Origin: an uncultured Planctomycetota bacterium
Lineage (GTDB): Bacteria; Planctomycetota; Planctomycetia; Isosphaerales; Isosphaeraceae
Assembly (NCBI GenBank): GCA_963845755.1
Contig: CAWJTV010000011.1
Span: 1,376,001-1,440,000 of the forward strand
Length of the DNA: 64,000 bases
Reading direction: 5' to 3'
The notes under the pieces were generated by a model, which was not told the origin of the DNA, searched no databases, and saw nothing but the letters and a program-made list of their open reading frames with translations. Positions within the stretch are counted from its first letter, which is position 1; the number at the start of each line of letters is the position of its first letter. Both the position numbers and the translations under genes were made by a program. This document shows positions 46,463 through 58,995 of the stretch, piece by piece.

Positions 46463-46763
46463 GGCCGCCGTGGGTCCGATCCGTCGAGTGCCTGACCGAC
46501 GCGCCGACCGGGCGGGACCGGGCGTCGATGCCTCGATCTTCGGGCTCCCACGGCGTGAATTATTCTCCGACGAGATTCGGAAATGCCGAGGATCAACTTG
46601 CAGGTGAAGGACCTTCTGATACATTAGCGTGGTGTGTCTGTCAGCTTCACATCATGAGCCAACCTGGTAGCATCTTAAGTATCGACGCGGATCCCGTTAC
46701 TCATCGACATCGACGTGACTCCGAATCTCAGGATTGGGCCGAAACGGAGAGGCAGGTGGAGTG

Positions 46764-48745
46764 ATGGCGACAGACCTTGCCTGGTATTACCAGTCGGAAT
46801 CGGGCATTGTTGGCCCGATCTCATCCGCCGAGCTGAGGCGACTGGTCGAGTCGGGCGTGGTTCGATCCACGACACGAATCCGGCGGGGTGAAGACGGTTC
46901 CTGGTTCCCCGCCGAAGGGATTCAGGTCGAGCTCGGACTCGCGGGCGGTGGGGAAGCGAAGGCGGCCCCTGGCCGTGAACCCGCCGAATGGTATTTCGCC
47001 CGACAGGATGGGCGCAAGATGGGACCCGTCACGAGGACCGTGCTCAACACCATGCTGAGCCAGGGCAAGGTCCAGCCGGCCGACCTCGTCTGGAAGGCGG
47101 GGATGGCCGCGTGGGTCCCGGCGTCGGACATTCCCGGTCTCCCGCAGCCGGGCGGGGTTCCACCTCCGGTGCGGGTCGAGAATCCGGGCGTGGTCCCGCC
47201 TCCGGTGCGGGTCGAGAATCCGGGCGGGGTTCCGCCTCCGGTGCGGGTCGAGAATCCCGGTGCGCCGCCACCGCTGGTCAAGACTTCGCCGGAACCCCTG
47301 AGGAACTCGGGTGGTCGCCCGGGCGTTGGGCGGATCATCCTGGGCGGGGCCGTGGCGGGGACCGTCCTCCTCGGCCTGATCGGCGCGCTGGCCTGGAGCT
47401 GGCTTCGGGCGAGATCCGAGCCACTCCGAGGGAGACCGGGGCAGGCCGGGTCCGAGGTCGCCGGCCTCAAGTCTGCGCGTTCCGACCACGTGTCCGGATC
47501 TCAGGGCGCCCCGGCGGCGGACGACGTCGAACCGCTTTACGACGACGCGATTGCCGCCCTGCGCCGTCGACAGTACCGCCTGGCGAGAACGCTGCTCGAT
47601 CGATACGCGGCCCGCCCGGGTGCCCGCGACCCCGAATCGGCTCGTAGCCTGAGCCGTGAGATCGAGCTGGCTTCTTCCCGGGTCAAGGCCAACGAGCTGG
47701 TCGGAGGACTGGACGACGAGGCCCTGAAGAACCATCTGCGCCATGGCCCAGGGCCTCTGGTCGCGTCCGCCATCCAGACGCCGGAACTCAGGCCGTTGTA
47801 CCGCCAAACGTTGCTCGACGCGTTGCGGCAGGAGAGCAACCGGCGCAGGGAGCGGGCGCCCCGCTCGTCCAGACGCCTCCGCCGAACGGCCGCGAGCGAA
47901 CGGCCGCGAAGGCCAAGCGTCCGAGGCCATCAACCCCCGGCCCGGCCAATCGGCTCGCATCGAAGGCGCCCCCCAAGGGCTCGCCGGCGAAGACGCCGAA
48001 GAAAGGGGAAGGCCAGAGGCACCCGGACAGCCCCTCCGCGACGCGTACGGCCACGCTCGACATGGTCCTGGACGCGCCCGCAGAATTCGAGGGGAAGACC
48101 CTCTGTGTGGACGGGCTCTACAAGATCGGCACCCGCTTCTCCAAGGTCAAGGGCCCCGATGGAAACCCCGTCGGCTGGTCGCTGCCCGTCGAGACGAACG
48201 ACGGCGTCGCGATCTGCAATGGAGAGACCAAGGTCAGGGGCCGCGATACCTATCTCCTCCTGGATGAAGAGTTCGCCCGGTTCCTCGACCGCGTCTTCCA
48301 ACGACTGAGGATCCATACGTCGCTGAAACCCATCCACAAGTGCATCATCACGGTGGATGTCCGGTCTCTGATGATCGATCGCAACAATGCCCCGGTCGCC
48401 CACATCGTGGGCCTGGAAATCCTGGGGGCTTACAATCCCTTGAAAGTTATACAGAATCGATATAACGACGCTTTTATGGTTGCTCGGATCACTCCGGGCA
48501 ACGCGGACATCAGCCACGGCGATGGGGCACTCTGGGTCGAGCGGCTGGGTGGCGAGGAGAAGTTCGTCCTGCCGGCGAGGCGGAAGTACCGGGAACTGGT
48601 CCGCAAGGTCGCCGCCGAGCGAGATCAGGCCATCGTCGCCCGATACCTCCAGGGTCAGCTCAGCAGCGTCATGACCATGGCGGCCGCGGCCCAGCAACGA
48701 CAGTCGCAGGCGTTCGCGGCCATGATCGGCCAGGTCTTGCGCTGA
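46764..48745 (+). CDS. Tandem GYF_2 (DUF4339) protein: Pro repeats, TM, extracytoplasmic domains; frameshift at about 47.9-48.06 kb
   Basis: WYY....VGPISSAEL...V.SG and WYF...KMGPV..LVWKAGMAAWVPA. TM IILGGAVAGTVLLGLIGALAW. Joining to ORF 48062..48745 is inferred. Confidence 0.75.
47148..47255. repeat. Coding 36-bp tandem repeat x3 (PGGVPPPVRVEN)
   Basis: ccgggcggggttcc[a/g]cctccggtgcgggtcgagaat, three near-identical copies. Confidence 0.92.
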
Positions 48746-48809
48746 CGGATCCGTCGTGGACGGAATGGTCCCCGGTTCGCGGGGTTGCGGTTGGACCGCA
48801 CCCGGACGG

Positions 48810-49594
48810 CTACTGGTTCCATTGCGGCCTCTGGATCGCGCCGAGGATGATCCCCAGGGCACCCAGCGCGATGAGGCACAATCCGACGGTGCCCAGGATG
48901 AAGCCCGCGAGTGCCAGGCCCCGGCCGCTGATCGTCCCGTTGGAGCGAGAGATCTGGTTCAGCGCGACGCCGCCGAAGATCGTGGCCAGCAGGCTGCCGA
49001 TGCCGCAGAGCCAGAGCAGACCCAGTACCAGGCTGGCCACGGCCAGGCCGCTGGTGCGCGAGATCGGATAGGGCTGGGATGGGGAGGGGGCGGCCCGACT
49101 CGTGTTGGTCGAACCGCCGGCGGAGGGCGCGCCGAACCAGAGTCCGGCGACCTGACCGGCGGGCGTCCAGCTCGCCATGCCGTTGGTCCAGACGAGGGAA
49201 CTCGATACGAGCTCTCCCTGGTCGATCATCCGTTGCAGCTCCGCGAGGCTCAGCGGCCCGTGATGCGATTCTCCCCGGGCGACGAACCAGGAAGCCGGCG
49301 CGGCCGCGGCCGCGGCCGCCGCCTGGGCGCCGGACTGCCGCCGGCATCGTCCGTCAGGGTGTAGGCCGGCCACTCGACATTGGCGTTCGTCAACGGCTGA
49401 CTCGGACCGGCGACGGCCGGGGCGTACAAGCCGGACAGCTCGGTGGCCTTGATCCAGGACCGGCGATCCTGGGAAACCTCGTGGGCTTGTGAGAGTTGGC
49501 CCCGCTCGCGCATCGACTCGAGCTGCGACCAGTTGAACGGACCGAGGACGCGCCCTCGCGCCCGAACGTACCAGCCGCCGGATCCCACTGACAT
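48810..49594 (-). CDS. Tandem GYF_2 + DUF4190 membrane protein; frameshift near 49330
   Basis: WYVRARGRVLGPF..VSQDRRSW and WFVARGESHHGP..LVWTNGMASW. DUF4190-like TSGLAVASLVLG..G..AL.QI....GRGLALAG.ILG. Confidence 0.85.
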
Positions 49595-49626
49595 GATTGG
49601 TCGGTTCCTCAAGGGAGTTGCGGTTA

Positions 49627-52552
49627 TCACCGGGTACTCATCATCACGAAGACCGGGCGGCCCACAACCAGGGCTTTGTCGTCGCGCGTGTCGATCTTCG
49701 GCTTGCCACCGTCAATCTCCCCCACTTTCTTCCACGCACAGCTCGAGTCCGTCGAGGGCGCGATGACCAAGAGGTCTCGATCGGGGGGCAAGACCGTCCC
49801 GCGACAGACCTGGTAGCCGTTGCCGTCCCGTGCGAGCCAGCCCACCGTTTGGTAGGTCCGCGACGCCCGTTCCTCAATCTGGTCGCGCACGTCGAGCACG
49901 GCCTTGAGCGAGGGGACCTTGGGGCGAAGCCCCAGGATGAGCCGGCGCGCCTCCTCTTGGGCCTCAAGGAGCCCGGGCGTTTCCGGATTGATCCAGGCGA
50001 TGCTCCAGTTGACTTTCGCCTGGAGGAGCTGGTTCTTCAGGGGCTCCAGCGCGACGCGAAGCGGCTCGCTCCCCTCCGTGGCTGCCTGGATCACGATGCG
50101 GATCAGGTCGGCCTGGAGGATCGGATCAATTTCGGGTTGGTGGAAGATCGCATTGAGCAGGTCGATCATGACGGCCTCCCACTGGCTCAACCTCGTCTCG
50201 TTCGCCAGGATCGGCTTGAACTCGTTGGCGATCTTCGTCTGGGGGGACCAGTCCCGCGAGGCAATCCGCGTGATCGGGAGCTCACGGAACTTCTTTCCTT
50301 TCTCGAAGTCGAGTGCGTAGCTGAACTGCAACAAGTCGTTCTTTTCTTCGGGCTTCTCCCGAGTATAGCAGCGTTCATCGGAACTGTTCCCATACTTGAC
50401 GACGACCATCCAGGTGTGAGCGATGATCGGCTCAGAGAACACGCGCCGGAGCTTGGCGGCCGGGCTGTCGGCACCGGCGTCGCGGCGAGCGATCGCCTCG
50501 ACGTAACCGAGATACGCCGTGATCTCGGCCTTGCCGGGGAAATCGGAGTGCTGGGCCAGGAACTGGCTGCACGAGCCGGCGCGACGCCTGGCTTCCCGGG
50601 GAGTCAAGGCGTCGCGGCGGGTCTTCCAATCGGCTACGAGATGGTTCCAGTCTTCGACGCTATCCCAGAGCGGCCGCTCTTTCAGGACCTTCTGGAATGA
50701 CTGCACGTCCGCCGCGTCGGGGTACGCCTTCAGATAACCCTGGATCTGACCGACAAAGCGATGGAAGAGGTCCGGCCTGTCGGCCGTCGAGTACGCGATG
50801 GCCTCGGTGATCTCTTCCCGGCGCGTTGACTGTCGGTGCAGGCCTTCATATCGGTCGGAAGCCTCCTCGAGCTGCTGCTCGAGCATGCGAGCGGTTCCCT
50901 GCAAGTCCTCGCTCGCCCGGGCAACCTCGGGCGCCAGCTTGTGTAGTGCGACGCTTGAACGGTCGATCGCATCCCGGATCGGAGCGTAGTCGGAGGGGTT
51001 CGCGTCCAGGCTTCGACCAATCTGATGGATCTCGCCGCCGATCCGATCGAGGCTGGGGCGGAGGATCGCCTCCCGCTTGGCGTTGGCCTCCTTGAGAGCG
51101 GCCTGCCGGCGCTGGGCGATCTGTTCGACGGCCTGCTTCTCGGATTCCAGCCGGGCCAGCGTGCGGGCCTTCGCCAGGGCCTCGGGTTCTTCTGGCGTGA
51201 GGGGGGCGTGTTCCGCCTCGTCGATCGCCTCCTTAAAGTCCTGGATGCGCCGCGTCTCCCGCTTGCGGGCCTCATCGTAGCGCTTGCGTACCCCGACGAG
51301 GGCGTCGTGCCTTAGCAGGTCCGGATCGACCTGCTCCAGGTTGTCGAGATAGCTCGCGGCGTCATCCAGCTCATAGCCTCGGAGCATCTCGTCGATGGTC
51401 GTGGCGGCCTGCGCGGCGTCACGATCACGGAACTGGCTGCGGACCGCGTAGAACACCAGGACACCGCCGATGAGCAACGCCACGGCCGCCGCCCCGCCGA
51501 TCATCCGGACACGCCGGGTCCGCACCGCCGTCGCGGCCCGGAGGCGCGACGTATAACGTCGTTGGAGCTTATCCGGCATCCCGCCGCGTGTTTCAAGACC
51601 TCCTGTCCCAGGCGTTCCAGCTCCGCGGCGGGGACGGGTTCGGGTTCGTCGAGGGCCTGGGTCAAAGCGGCCAGCGCTTCGTCGTAGGCCAGCGCGGCGG
51701 CGGCGCGGCGATCTTCGTCCTCCAGCCACTTCAGCACCGGCCCGATGCGCTCCCAGACCGGGTCGGAGGGTTCGAGCGGTCCGGAGGCCGTCAGCGCGAT
51801 CCACTCCTGACGAGCCGCGCGGCCGAGGACCGGGTCCTGGGCCGTCAGCGCCCGGCCAGACGGGCCTCGATCGCGGCCAGCGCCGCCTGGGATTGCTCGT
51901 TGCGGAGCTGCACATGGGCCTTGCTCAGGCCCTGGACCAGGCCCTTCGCGGGCGGTTCGATCCAGGGCGATTCCTGGACTTCCGCCAGCAGCCTCTTGAT
52001 GTGCGGACCGTCGTGCAGCCGGACCGCCTCCGCGGCCTCCACCTGGATCTGCCGGAACCGGGCCTTTTCGATCGCCCGCAGGTCCTCGCCCCAGATCGGA
52101 TTGGTCGGGTCCAGGGCCGCGAGCTTCCGCATGACCCCGATCCGCGTCCGGAGCGGGGCGCGCTGCGTCGCCAGCTTCCGGTGATTATTCAGCAAGTCCT
52201 GAAGCGGTTCCTCCTGGCCGTACGCCTCGTTGAGCAGGCCCGCGGCATCGACTTGAACCTTGGGTGCCGGCGCCAGCTCGTAGATCCCGACCAGGTCATC
52301 CCACTCGGCACGCTCGGAGAAATCGAGCGCCGTGATCGCATCGAGCAACTTCGGTTCCGCTTCGGCGAGCTGGAGCGCCTCGGAGCGCAGCCCCTGCTGC
52401 AACAACCGCTGACACCGCGCCAGCCGCTGATTCACTTCGATGCAAGCCTCGGCATAGGCCGACGCCAGCACCTCCAGGCGCACGGTCCGTGTCTGGTCGC
52501 TCGCCTGGAGGAACCCGCGGATCTCGTCAACGGTTTGGTGGTAATCGGCCAT
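49627..52552 (-). CDS. Large helical single-TM protein of the GTPase-GAP1 cluster (frameshifts near 51850 and 51590)
   Basis: ATG 52552 (EVNQRLARCQRLLQQGLRSEALQLAE), TM IGGAAAVALLIGGVLVFYAV near 51.47 kb, and a long helical C-terminal part. Confidence 0.78.
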
Positions 52553-52566
52553 GCGCGCATCGTCCT

Positions 52567-55033
52567 CTACCAGGTACCCGGGTCGGCAACTCGTCCGGGC
52601 GTCAACCCTTCCGATCGAGCGATCTCGAATCGCTTCCCGTCAACTTGCCACACAATCGATAAATTAATGAGTGAAGAATGTATATTTTCTAAATATCTTA
52701 GTCTTTCGAGTTCTGTTCTTTCTCTATCGGTGCCTCTTGGGGAAACCGCGCCGCCGGCGCCGCCTGGTGGCAGTGTGGGCGATTGATCCGTGTTCGCTAT
52801 CCGATTCTCCAGTTCTTGAATGCTCTTCTGAAGGGCTTTCTTGCGTTGATCATACTGCAACTCGGCCAAGAGTTTCGCATTCTCAAATTTGATGGTTACC
52901 ATGTCCCGTTTGTCGTGCCAGGAACCATCATTGCGCCGCGTGAGGGAGACAACTTCTTCCTTGTTGCCATTCAAGAGCCTACAAACATCGACGCTCAAAG
53001 GTCTCTCCGTCTTCTGGAAGTCCGTTTTCCCGTACCAGGGGATCTCGTAGACGGTCTTATTGGAGGATGACCTCGGATCACTCATCTTGACGCCATCTTT
53101 GGGTAGTCGTGGCTCACCTCGCAGGATGTAGAATCGTTCCTCGGGGATTTGCTTGGATCGGACGACCAGAACGCAGTCGCGAAGTTGTTCTCGAGCTTTG
53201 GGATCGGTGTTGTTCCTCCATCGAAAATTGATGGTTCCTTTCGGGATCGAGACTTCGAATGTCGCCAGTTCAACCCGGTCGTTACTCGCTCCGAGAAGGG
53301 AATCTTTGCGGGTGATCACCGAAACGACGACCTTGCGGACTCCATCCACGCCCCCTTCGTCAACCTTGTCGTTCAAACCAGAAGAAGCGGCCCCAATCAG
53401 TTGGATCTCGGCATCGTTCGGTTTGAAGTTGTCGAGACTCTGGGGCTTCTGTGGTGCTTTACCGGGTTCTTCGAGCCGGAAGAAATAGGCTTTGAGGTTT
53501 TGCTCGGGCTTCGTCGCGGCCCCCGGATGATCAACCTTCCGAGCCAGGGCCCTTCTCTTGAGCTTTGGGCTGATCTTTCGGGCTTCCCGAAGGGGGGGCC
53601 TTGACCAACTCTTCGCCCCCGCTCATTTTACCGTCATCTTTCGCGGACTCAGCGGTCTTCCTGTCGGGCTTGCTCGTGGCAGCCACTTCCTTCGGTGCTT
53701 CCGGGACTGGTCCGGGCACCCTATCCCCCGTCACCTGTTTGGGGGGAGCGTTCTTGGATATTCCTGCCGAATCAGGATTTAGTTTCTCTGTCGTGGTCAC
53801 TGTGTTGACATCCTTGATATCCGGCACGGTGGCATCGCCTTTGGCCGGCTCCGGGGATCTCGCGATCGCCGTGGGCTCGACCCGCTCCGGATTCGCCGAG
53901 GCGACGGGCGGGGCTTTTTGATCGGTATCAGGAGTCTTGGAGTTCGGATTTCGCATAACCTGTAACAGGATGAAGACGGACGCAGCCATCCCGATCAGGC
54001 CGACTGCGACGATCCCCGCGACCATGGCCCAGGTTCGTCCGGGCTGATGGCTGGCCCCGCCGCGTTTCGGTGGCCGTCCGGCCAACCCTCGGAAGGGTTC
54101 ATAATCGATGGTCGGGCCGGGCGGTGGGGCCTTGGGTGGCACTCCGGCGGTCGGGATTGGGCGTCCGGAGGCCGAGGCCGGGCCTTTGCTCCGAGGTTGG
54201 TGCGCGGAGGCGGTGTCTTCGCCGCCGGCAGGTTGAAAACGCTCGCCCCGCGCCTGGTGCACCAGCGCGCGACCCTCGGCTCGTCCGAGAGACCCGCACA
54301 AGTTGATGGTCAGGGCGTTGGGCAGTCGCAGGGCGTTCTGCGCCTCGGGCGAGCCTTCGACCACGCCGCGCCACGGGCAGTTCACCCCGCGTGGGAGACT
54401 CGTAAAATAGGTGCTGAACTCGACGTCCCAGCGCCTCGGCGGCGGCAGGAGGGCGATGGCCTCGACGAACAGCGGCAGCAGGTCCATCCCCGGGCGGAAG
54501 ATCAGGAACACGGGGCGCCGCGGGTCCGCGAGGAACGACTCGGCGAGGACGCCGGCCCAGCCGGCATCGACGCCGAGGGCCTTCCAGGCGCCCGCAACGC
54601 CGGGAGGTCGGTCGCCTCGGGGGGGCGTCTGGCCTGCCGGCAGGAGCCGCGGCTCTCCGTCCCAGGCCTCTTGAAGGAAGCCCGGATGGCCCACTAACCA
54701 CGCCGGGCCGCCCTCGGGCCGTTCGTTCGGCTCGAGCACGACGTGATGCGCATACTTGTTGGACCGACCCGAGTAGTCGAGGTTCGCCGGCCCGACGCGC
54801 GACAGCACGCTCACGGCCATGCCCCCCACCGTCAACCTGAGGTGGGAGAAGTTGATCGGGTTCTGAGCCGCGGCCGGGTCGTGGACCGGATAGACGGGCC
54901 GATACCCGCTGAGGCTCTCCAGGAGCTCGAATAAGGGGGCGGACATCTGGGCCGTGCAGGCGACCGTGCAGAAGCCGCGGCTACCCGGCTTGAGCCCGCG
55001 TGGGACCGATGTATAGTGCAGTTCCTGGCTCAT
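52567..55033 (-). CDS. GAP1-N2/GAP1-M-like protein: TM, low-complexity linker, lower-GC C-terminal domain (frameshift near 53.5 kb)
   Basis: MSQELHYTSVPRGLKPGSRGFCTVA..LESLSGY..DYSGRSNKYAHH..GGPAW, WAGVLA, ALLPPPRRWDVEFSTY. TM AMVAGIVAVGLIGMAASVFILL. Confidence 0.82.
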
Positions 55034-55121
55034 CGACCCATCCTTCGATGTCAGGCGAGTCCCATCCGCCAGCGGCCGGCTCGGTAAGGACGACGCGGTG
55101 GAACTCGGGCGGATCGGCGAA

Positions 55122-56428
55122 TTATCTCGGCTTCCCACGACGGATGAGCCGCGGGACCAGCGCCGGCAAGACCCGCGACAGCGAATACAGCAGAGGCACG
55201 GTCACCCAGTGCGGCCGGATGTTCCTGGGCCGGATTCCGGGCCCTCCCGAACTCGAATCCCACTCCACCTGGCTGCCCAGCGAGCTAACAGCGATATACG
55301 TCGTTTCCTTGGCGAACGACTCCGCCGCGGCCACGGTCTCCGGACAATACTTGATCAGGATCTCGCGGAGGCGCCGGAGAGTCGCTCGACCTTCTCGACG
55401 TTGACACCGGTCATGTTCCCCTGGCTTCGCCAGGGATCCGCGGCGTCGTCCGGTCCCAGCAGGTGGGTCCATTCATCGAATTTGGCGAGGACGATCACCA
55501 GGGGACGATCGTATTTGCTGCCCTGCGCAAGCCCCGAATGCCGCCGGATTCGCGCGGCTGCCTCGGTGAGGATCGTCTCCTGCCGGCTCAACGTGGCCGC
55601 CCCCGGTGCAACGCCGCCTCGACAGACGGTGCGGAACCGGGGGTCCTGGGTCGGGTCGAACAAGAAGAGGGCCGCCCGAGAATGAGCCAGGTGCCGCGTC
55701 ACCGGGCTCGAAGCCCGATCCTCTCCGGGCCGGAAATCCTCGCCAGAGTTATCATAGAGGCAGAGTATCCTCGCCAGTCGCGTCGGGTCGCCGCCGGGAT
55801 GCCCGTCCTGCGGCTGGATGGTGAACAAAAACGGACGGGGGTACGCGACCGTTCGTTGGCCGTAAGCGACGGTGTCGAACGAGTCCCCCATACCCTTACT
55901 CTCAGTCTTGCCGATCAGACCGGCCAGGGGGACGACCTCCGACTCGACGGGATTGAGGAACAGCGACTCTTCATACTGGTTGAGCGTCCGGTTTGATTCT
56001 GTGTCGGCGTCGGTGAAGGCTAGCTTGAAACTGTGGGGCAGGATCTGGCGCAACTGCCAGGTCATCGCGGTCAGGAAGTAGGACTTGCCGCTACCGATTG
56101 CCCCCAGGATGGAGATGAACAGCGGCTCCATCTCCAGCATGGCCCGGGGGATCGGGAGATGACACCGCGGGCACGCCAGGCTCCGGCAGGTCATCCCCTT
56201 GGCGTCGATCGCATCTCCCTGGAGGGTATACCGGCTGGGCAAGAACCGTTGCTGACGCTCGGAGCCCAGCAGCGGATCACCGAGCAGGTCGAAATGCTCC
56301 GATATCCACAAGACCTCATGGGGCGAGAACCGCTCCCAGCAGTGCGGGCACGTGACCTGCGGAAGGAGCTTCAGCGCCGTGCAATCTCCGGCGGAGAGGT
56401 TGTCGTAATAGGCGGTTGTGTTCGTCAT
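55122..56428 (-). CDS. Zn-ribbon TRAFAC-type GTPase (double-GTPase-2-like); frameshift near 55385
   Basis: CPHC..CPRC, G1 GAIGSGKS, G3 DNSGE, FLFDP, G4 AKFD, G5 SSLG, and C-terminal P.WVTVPLLY.L. ATG 56428. Confidence 0.88.
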
Positions 56429-57669
56429 CGCATCACCGCGCAAAAACGGTCGGACCAAACTCGTGCGCACCACATTCCCACGACGAGGAGCCATCCCGCC
56501 GAGAGAGCGCCCGCGGCCGGTTCGATGCTTCGTTGCACCCCTCCATCGGCACTATCCGAAGAGTATACCCATGGCCATAATAGGACACAAGGTTCTCCTT
56601 GTCTCGATGACAGCATTGGCTTTACGACGATTCTCGAGGCGGTTTTCCCTTTCGAAACCGCCGGGTTACGACCTCCGCCGGATGCGGCGTGAGCCCACCC
56701 CAGCCCTCTCATCAGACGATGGAGGCCGGCCTGTCTTGCGCTTCACACCATTTTCCGTCGTCTTTCCCATCGACGGGCGAAGTCCGCCCGGTCGGCATCA
56801 AGCCCGGAGGAGGGAGTGAGAGGCCAACACGCTCCTGGGAATTCCCCGGACCGCCCATGAAGCGCGCGGCGGATAAGCGCTTTGTCAGGGCCGATGGTTT
56901 CCGTTATTGAGCGACCCGGCCACGGTCGTGATACAAAGCGGCCTCATGCTGGCCACGAAGACTGCGTCTTCAGGTGCCTGCACACCATGCGACACCGCAG
57001 GACTTTCGGGCCAATGTCGATTGGGAAGGCCCCCGCTCGACAGGGCCGATGCGGTCGCCGGCGTTCGTCCCCAGAGCCGATCGCAGCCCTCCGGTCAGAG
57101 ACACCGAGCTGTTGTCGATGTTGATTCTGTCTGCTCGATTCCGGTCCTGGAAGGCTTTTCAAGGGAATGCCCCAGGAAAACCCCGGCCGATCATTCGTCG
57201 GCACGCCATTCGCTCTTCCAGATAAACCCCTGGACACGGACAGACCTCTGGACGCGTCTCAGGGTGGCGCAAACCTGGCCAGCCCGCCGGACATGCGACG
57301 GGACGCCGAGAAGGTGCGGGAAGCATCCAGGTCGCCACCGATCGGTCCCATCATCTCACCGGGGCAGTGAAATTCGGACCTCCTGATGGATCGGGCGAGT
57401 TTCTCCAACTGGTGCCGATGCTGGGCTCTGCTCGCGCGTTCCGCCCGCGCCGTGGATGTGTCAGACCTCGATCGGCTCGAGGAGATGCGAGCCTCGAGCC
57501 CGACTTCCCGGCGGCCTCGAGACATCATCGGCGAGAGTCCCGCCGAAGCGGGCTCCGCGAGCACTGCCCGGCTAAACCTGTGATGGCGATCTGACGCCTG
57601 ACATCGTTGATCGCACCGACACGGCGTAGGAGAGATGGAACAACTAACAAAGCGGTGAGGAGACGCCCG

Positions 57670-58995
57670 ATGTTTGGAAGAAGACGCGACGCGGGTTCGT
57701 TCGGTGTGGCGGTTGTGTGCCTTGTTATGGTCATTCTGCCGGAAATGTCGGGGACGGTCCTCGGTCAGCCGGGGACGACCTCAAAAAAGACGCAGGGAAG
57801 ACGGACAAAGGGGAAACAATCTGTCGCCAGATCCAGACAGCGACCCAAGGTCGCGGCTGAGGAAAAGGGCGTGGCCGACCGGATCGTGCTGCGAGATGGC
57901 AAGGAACTGTTCGGGCAAGTCGACGAATCCGCTTCGGGCTCGGCCCTGACGATCCTGGCCCGTCGAGAAGCGATTCGGACGACGCTTCCCGACTGGTCGA
58001 AGAAATGGGAGGACGCCGAGCGCGGAACGACGGCCGTCGCGTTGCATCAGCGTCGGGAACGTCTGGCCGCGTGGCGTCGAGAACGCCCGGCGGAATCCGC
58101 GTCGGGAGATCGGATCAGCGCCTGGCTCGATCGTGAGCTGTCGGAGTCGACCGGGCCGGCCGCCCCATCGCCCCTCATCGCGATTCGGCTTGGACGCAAC
58201 GACGTCTCGGCCGTGGAACGGCGAAGCGATTCGGCGGCGCGGGCCCTGAGGTGTGCCTGGCTGCTCGGACTGGCCAACCCAGAGACGACCCCTCTTGCCA
58301 CGCTGAAAGACGCCATCGCGGGCCGGGGCATGAACCTTGAAGGCGACGAGCCGATCGCGATCGACCGGCTGCTGCCGCCGGCCGCCGAGCCCATAGACCG
58401 CTGGTTCCTGCGCCGGGCCGCGACCGAGGTCCTTCATGACGAGGGCCTGCGATTCATCCAGTTCGGCACTTCGATCCTGCCCGAGCCGGTCCCGGGACAG
58501 CCCCTCGATCCGGCGATGGGGGCGACGCTCGTGGAAGGCACGATCCGGGACGTGCTAGGCGTCGGGCGGGGCGACCCGCTGCCGGCGAGGCTCCACGCCG
58601 TCGCCGCTCGCGGTCGAGTCGGCGTCGTGATCACGAGGATCGAAATCGCGCCCGACCTCGGAGGTGTGGCCGCCGAGTTGACCCTCTACTATCGCAAGGG
58701 GAGCGACTGGGACCGGGCCCTCTGGAGGTCGCAGAATCTCCCGGTTGGTGCCGTGCCCCCGGTCGTCGTCTCGATCGTCGCCCAGGACCCGCAAGTCAAG
58801 GCGGTGATCAATCTGATCGACACGATCGGAGCGGGATTCGTCTCGCCCGCGATGAAGGAACGGGGTCTGGTCGTGGCCGCGACCGTCGGCGGAGCTGTCG
58901 TCCTGGCGCGAACTTCCCTGGTTCGATCCCTCGCAGGGCTCGCCTTCGATGTCGAGGGTAAGGGCCAGGCCCGTGGCTCGCGGCCAAACCCCTGA
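57670..58995 (+). CDS. Exported hypothetical protein
   Basis: Intact long ORF with a hydrophobic N-terminal segment (FGVAVVCLVMVIL) and DRIVLRDGKELFG. Confidence 0.7.
   Translation: MFGRRRDAGSFGVAVVCLVMVILPEMSGTVLGQPGTTSKKTQGRRTKGKQSVARSRQRPKVAAEEKGVADRIVLRDGKELFGQVDESASGSALTILARREAIRTTLPDWSKKWEDAERGTTAVALHQRRERLAAWRRERPAESASGDRISAWLDRELSESTGPAAPSPLIAIRLGRNDVSAVERRSDSAARALRCAWLLGLANPETTPLATLKDAIAGRGMNLEGDEPIAIDRLLPPAAEPIDRWFLRRAATEVLHDEGLRFIQFGTSILPEPVPGQPLDPAMGATLVEGTIRDVLGVGRGDPLPARLHAVAARGRVGVVITRIEIAPDLGGVAAELTLYYRKGSDWDRALWRSQNLPVGAVPPVVVSIVAQDPQVKAVINLIDTIGAGFVSPAMKERGLVVAATVGGAVVLARTSLVRSLAGLAFDVEGKGQARGSRPNP

Noticed and set aside
56500..57600. Possible genes or ncRNA in the 1.1-kb gap
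   Set aside because: Short ORFs have no recognisable motifs, and I could not identify an RNA structure. It may be regulatory or decayed DNA.
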